Shown here: one piece after another, positions 60,880 to 64,000 of the stretch
How positions within the stretch are numbered: position 1 is the stretch's first letter
How the letters are laid out: each line of letters opens with the position of its first letter
Assembly: GCF_006345805.1 (NCBI RefSeq)
Contig: NC_043003.1
Location: 620,001 to 684,000, forward strand
DNA from: Octopus sinensis
Taxonomy: Eukaryota
Reading direction: 5' to 3'
DNA: 64,000 nucleotides
Made by a program: the position numbers and the translations under genes
Notes under the pieces: generated by a model
What the model was told of the DNA's origin: nothing
The model's input: the letters and a program-made list of their open reading frames with translations, nothing else
Databases searched by the model: none

Positions 60880-61280
60880 TACTCTTTTACTTGTTTCAGT
60901 CATTTGACTGTGGCCATGCTGGAGCACTGCCTTTAGTTGAGCAAATTGACCCCTGGGCTTATTCTTTGTAAGCCTAGTACTTATTCTATTGGTTTCTTTT
61001 GCCAAACCGCTAAGTTACGGGGATGTAAACATACCAGCATCGGTTGTCAAGCGATGTTGGGGTGGACCAACGCAGACACACAAACATATACACACACATA
61101 CATATATACATATATGATGGGCTTTTTTCAGTTTCAGTCTACCAAATCCACTCACAAGGCTTTGGTCAGCCCGACGCTATAGTAGAAGACACTTGCCCAA
61201 GGTGCCAAGCAGTGGGACTGAACCCGGGACCATGTGGCTGGTAAGCAAGCTACTTACCACACAGCCACTCCTGTGCCTGT
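60880..61280 (-). mobile_element. SINE type B, full length
   Basis: Head at 61255-61280, tail at 60880-60900. Confidence 0.85.
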
Positions 61281-62752
61281 AGCAGAAAAGATGTTTAAGA
61301 AAGATGGTCAAAGACAAATGGTTCCAAAATGGGATACGGAATACAAAGGAAATTAAGAAGAAAAGCTCAAAGTTTGTGATGAAGAATTTATTCTTCTCCA
61401 TCCCCACTTCTAACCCTTTGCCACTCTCCCCTCACACTTCTCCTCACTGCCCCCCCCCAATCCATTATCCATATCTTCTCCTCTTATGCTCACTTTCTTA
61501 TACTTTGAATATCTGCTTTGGGATCCCATCATTATCTTCTTCCTAGTTACTCCCACCTACCCTGATATAATGCTGGGTAGCTATGTCTCTCCTCTGTAGC
61601 AAAACACCTGGATTGGCTCCTCTATCAAAACCTCTTCCCAACTCTCAAATTCTTCCTCCTGCCCTTAATCAACGAGACTTTCTTCTTGTTTCGTGTCTCT
61701 TTCTTGTATTATTACTTGGTAACCTAAAGCAGCAAGCTGGCAGAATTGTTAGCACGCTGGACGAAATGCTTAGCGGTATTTCATCAGTCACTATGTTCTG
61801 AGTTCAAATTCCACCGAGGTTGACTTTGCCTGTCATCCTTTTGGGGGTCTATAAATTAAGTACCAGTTATGCACTGGAGTCGATGTAATCGACTATTCTC
61901 CCTTCCCTACAAATTTCAGGCCTTGTGCCCATAGTAGAAAGGGTTATAACTTGGTGGCTTCATTATGGCCAGTGGCACAAAAAGAAGCGCACAGTAGACA
62001 CCAGGAAGTGGTCGGCATTAGGAATGGTATTCAATGGTAGAAACCGACATTGGAGCTTGGCTCAACCTTGCAGCCCAACGTATTCTGTCAAGTCACCCTA
62101 CTCTGGTCAGAATGGAAAACAGGTGTGAAATGATGCTAGTGCTTTTATTATTAACTTTTGAATTATGAAATAATGTATTTCACTCATAATTATTATATTA
62201 TTCATTAAATTAAATTCAGTTGGGTTTTGTTTTGGAGAGAATTGAAATAAAGCTTTCACTTTCTTTTATTATAGTAGTAATTATGGAAGACTGGTGGTAT
62301 TATTATTTGCATGGACTTAAAGATTGGTTGCTATTTAGTATACAATTTAGTCATTGTAGGTTTACTATTAATACCAATACAGATCTCCGTAGAATTAAGT
62401 GTTTCTTTGTTGCAGTTTAATTTTAAAGCTAGTGTTTAACCCTGCCTCTACTTGATTGAATATTGTTGTACATTGGGTAAATGTGTTTGAAAGTTGTGTG
62501 TTTTGCTTTTTGGTATGTTTGTTCCCAAGCAGCACTTCTTTTAGTGCTGTTGACACCACCGGATTGAATGGTTACTGCCCGGGTGTCGAAACCATAATGA
62601 TATCTGTGGGGCAGCTGATGATGGAGGTATGTTGGATTGTTGGTATGGCTGTTTTTGTATATGTGGAAGAGTGTTATAGCACATATTTCCATTGATAAAA
62701 CAAAAGCCATTGATAAGAAAGCGATTAAGTGAGATGAATGAAAGGAACTTAC

Positions 62753-62812
62753 CCAGAAGATGAAATTAAAGAGGATGAACAGGCATCGTACAAGACCAGC
62801 TAAAACACCCAT
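62753..62812 (-). CDS. Tetraspanin first coding exon (MGVLAGLVRCLFILFNFIFW); exon begins at 62839 with 27 nt of 5'UTR
   Basis: TTTTCTCCTTGCAG acceptor, TGG|GTAAGT donor; FNFIFW TM1 motif. Spliced CDS is 780 nt (259 aa) with a 6-Cys EC2. The upstream acceptor implies a further non-coding exon not identified here. Confidence 0.93.
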
Positions 62813-63649
62813 GATTCAGTTGATTTGGTTGACAGATATCTGCAAGGAGAAAACATTTCCATAAAGCAACTAATATAACAGAAGGTCTCGTAAGAGGGAT
62901 CTGGATCATTCTAGATTTTTGGTTAGAAACAAAAACTGGAACTAGTCAGTCAACAGAACCAAAGAACTTGAACATGTGATTGCAGTCTTGGATTGTGGAA
63001 TTAGGAGAGAAATCGTTGGCATAAATCTACTTTTAGAATTCCTCAATGTGTGACACATGAACACTGAACAAAAATAATCTGAAATTAAGAAAATTAGTTA
63101 AACTGGTAGAAAGAAACTGTGAGGAAGCCTCTCACACACACACACACATATTGTTACTATTATGTTAAACTGTCGTATGTCCAAATTTGGCCAAATGCGT
63201 ATTTTTCAATATTTATTTTCGCTTACAATAGCCGGTTCTTTAGATCAAACTATCGTATCTCCTGCTGCTTCAGATGCCAAGATATTAAAAATTGTCAAAC
63301 AATAGTACAATGGTTTTGCTATGGAATGGTGAAACTATTTTTTTTGTTTTCTGAAAAAGCAATATTTAGGACTTATGACACTTTTACAATAAGAGCAACA
63401 ATATATATATATATATATGAATTATTAAAGTGGCTATTATCAATTTCAAAAACAAAAGGTACAACTGTAAATGTCATTGAAGTGACTGAGGGTGCAAATC
63501 ACTACCAGAATTGCTAAAAATAAGAGTCAAAACAACTCTTAGCCATGGGCAAGCACTTATCTATTGACTGACAAGGGAGACAACCTCCCCACAGTATGTG
63601 AGGAGTGTTAATAGATAAGAGCTTTGCCCGTGGCTAACAGTTGTTTTGA

Positions 63650-63684
<35 letters not shown>

Positions 63685-64000
63685 TAGGTGTATCTCTACA
63701 GATTTTATAATAGAATTTAGAGCTAGCACAGAAAGTTATGTTTGGTATATGAATATATGTATGTAAACAATGCACTGCTAACACAGGTAGGACAGAGTGT
63801 TGACTTATAACCCTTTAATATACTTGGTAGTATATTATGGTTGCAAAATGAAATAGAGTGACCTTACCAGTGATTAATATAAATCTCTGTGTGTTTATGT
63901 GTGTGTCGATGTTTGTGTTTGTTCCTCTACCACTTGGCAGCCAGTGTTGGTTTTGTTATGTCCTTGTAACCTAGTGGTTTAGCAAAATATGTGAATAAAA

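Overview
Eukaryotic, AT-rich, microsatellite- and SINE-dense animal DNA. The repeat landscape points to a coleoid cephalopod, probably Octopus (inference, not a database match). Two convergent spliced genes can be reconstructed by hand. (1) The 3' part of a troponin I gene on + (exons 1856-1956, 5248-5291, 6462-6503, 8045-8136, 14318-14325). (2) A complete 259-aa tetraspanin on - (8 coding exons, 62812 to 34592, all introns phase 0). The last troponin I intron holds an apparently full-length R4/Dong-type non-LTR retrotransposon (8487-12451, -). It has an uninterrupted 1213-aa ORF (Myb-like, RT, CCHC, PD-(D/E)xK nuclease) and sits in a (TAA)n microsatellite. The rest is tRNA-derived SINEs, RTE 3' fragments with a variable tandem hairpin array, CR1, HERO-like and mariner remnants, hAT elements with 8-bp TSDs, and several foldback elements. 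The most novel-looking signal is a set of hammerhead-ribozyme-like motifs. They lie at 15301-15350, in a TSD-flanked 420-bp element combining a pol III B-box with hammerhead arms (23515-23934), and in a foldback whose arms lack the GAAA half that is present in its spacer (55527-56112). No rRNA, intact tRNA or CRISPR array. Most short ORFs in the supplied track are microsatellite or SINE artefacts. Repeat boundaries are approximate unless TSDs are quoted.
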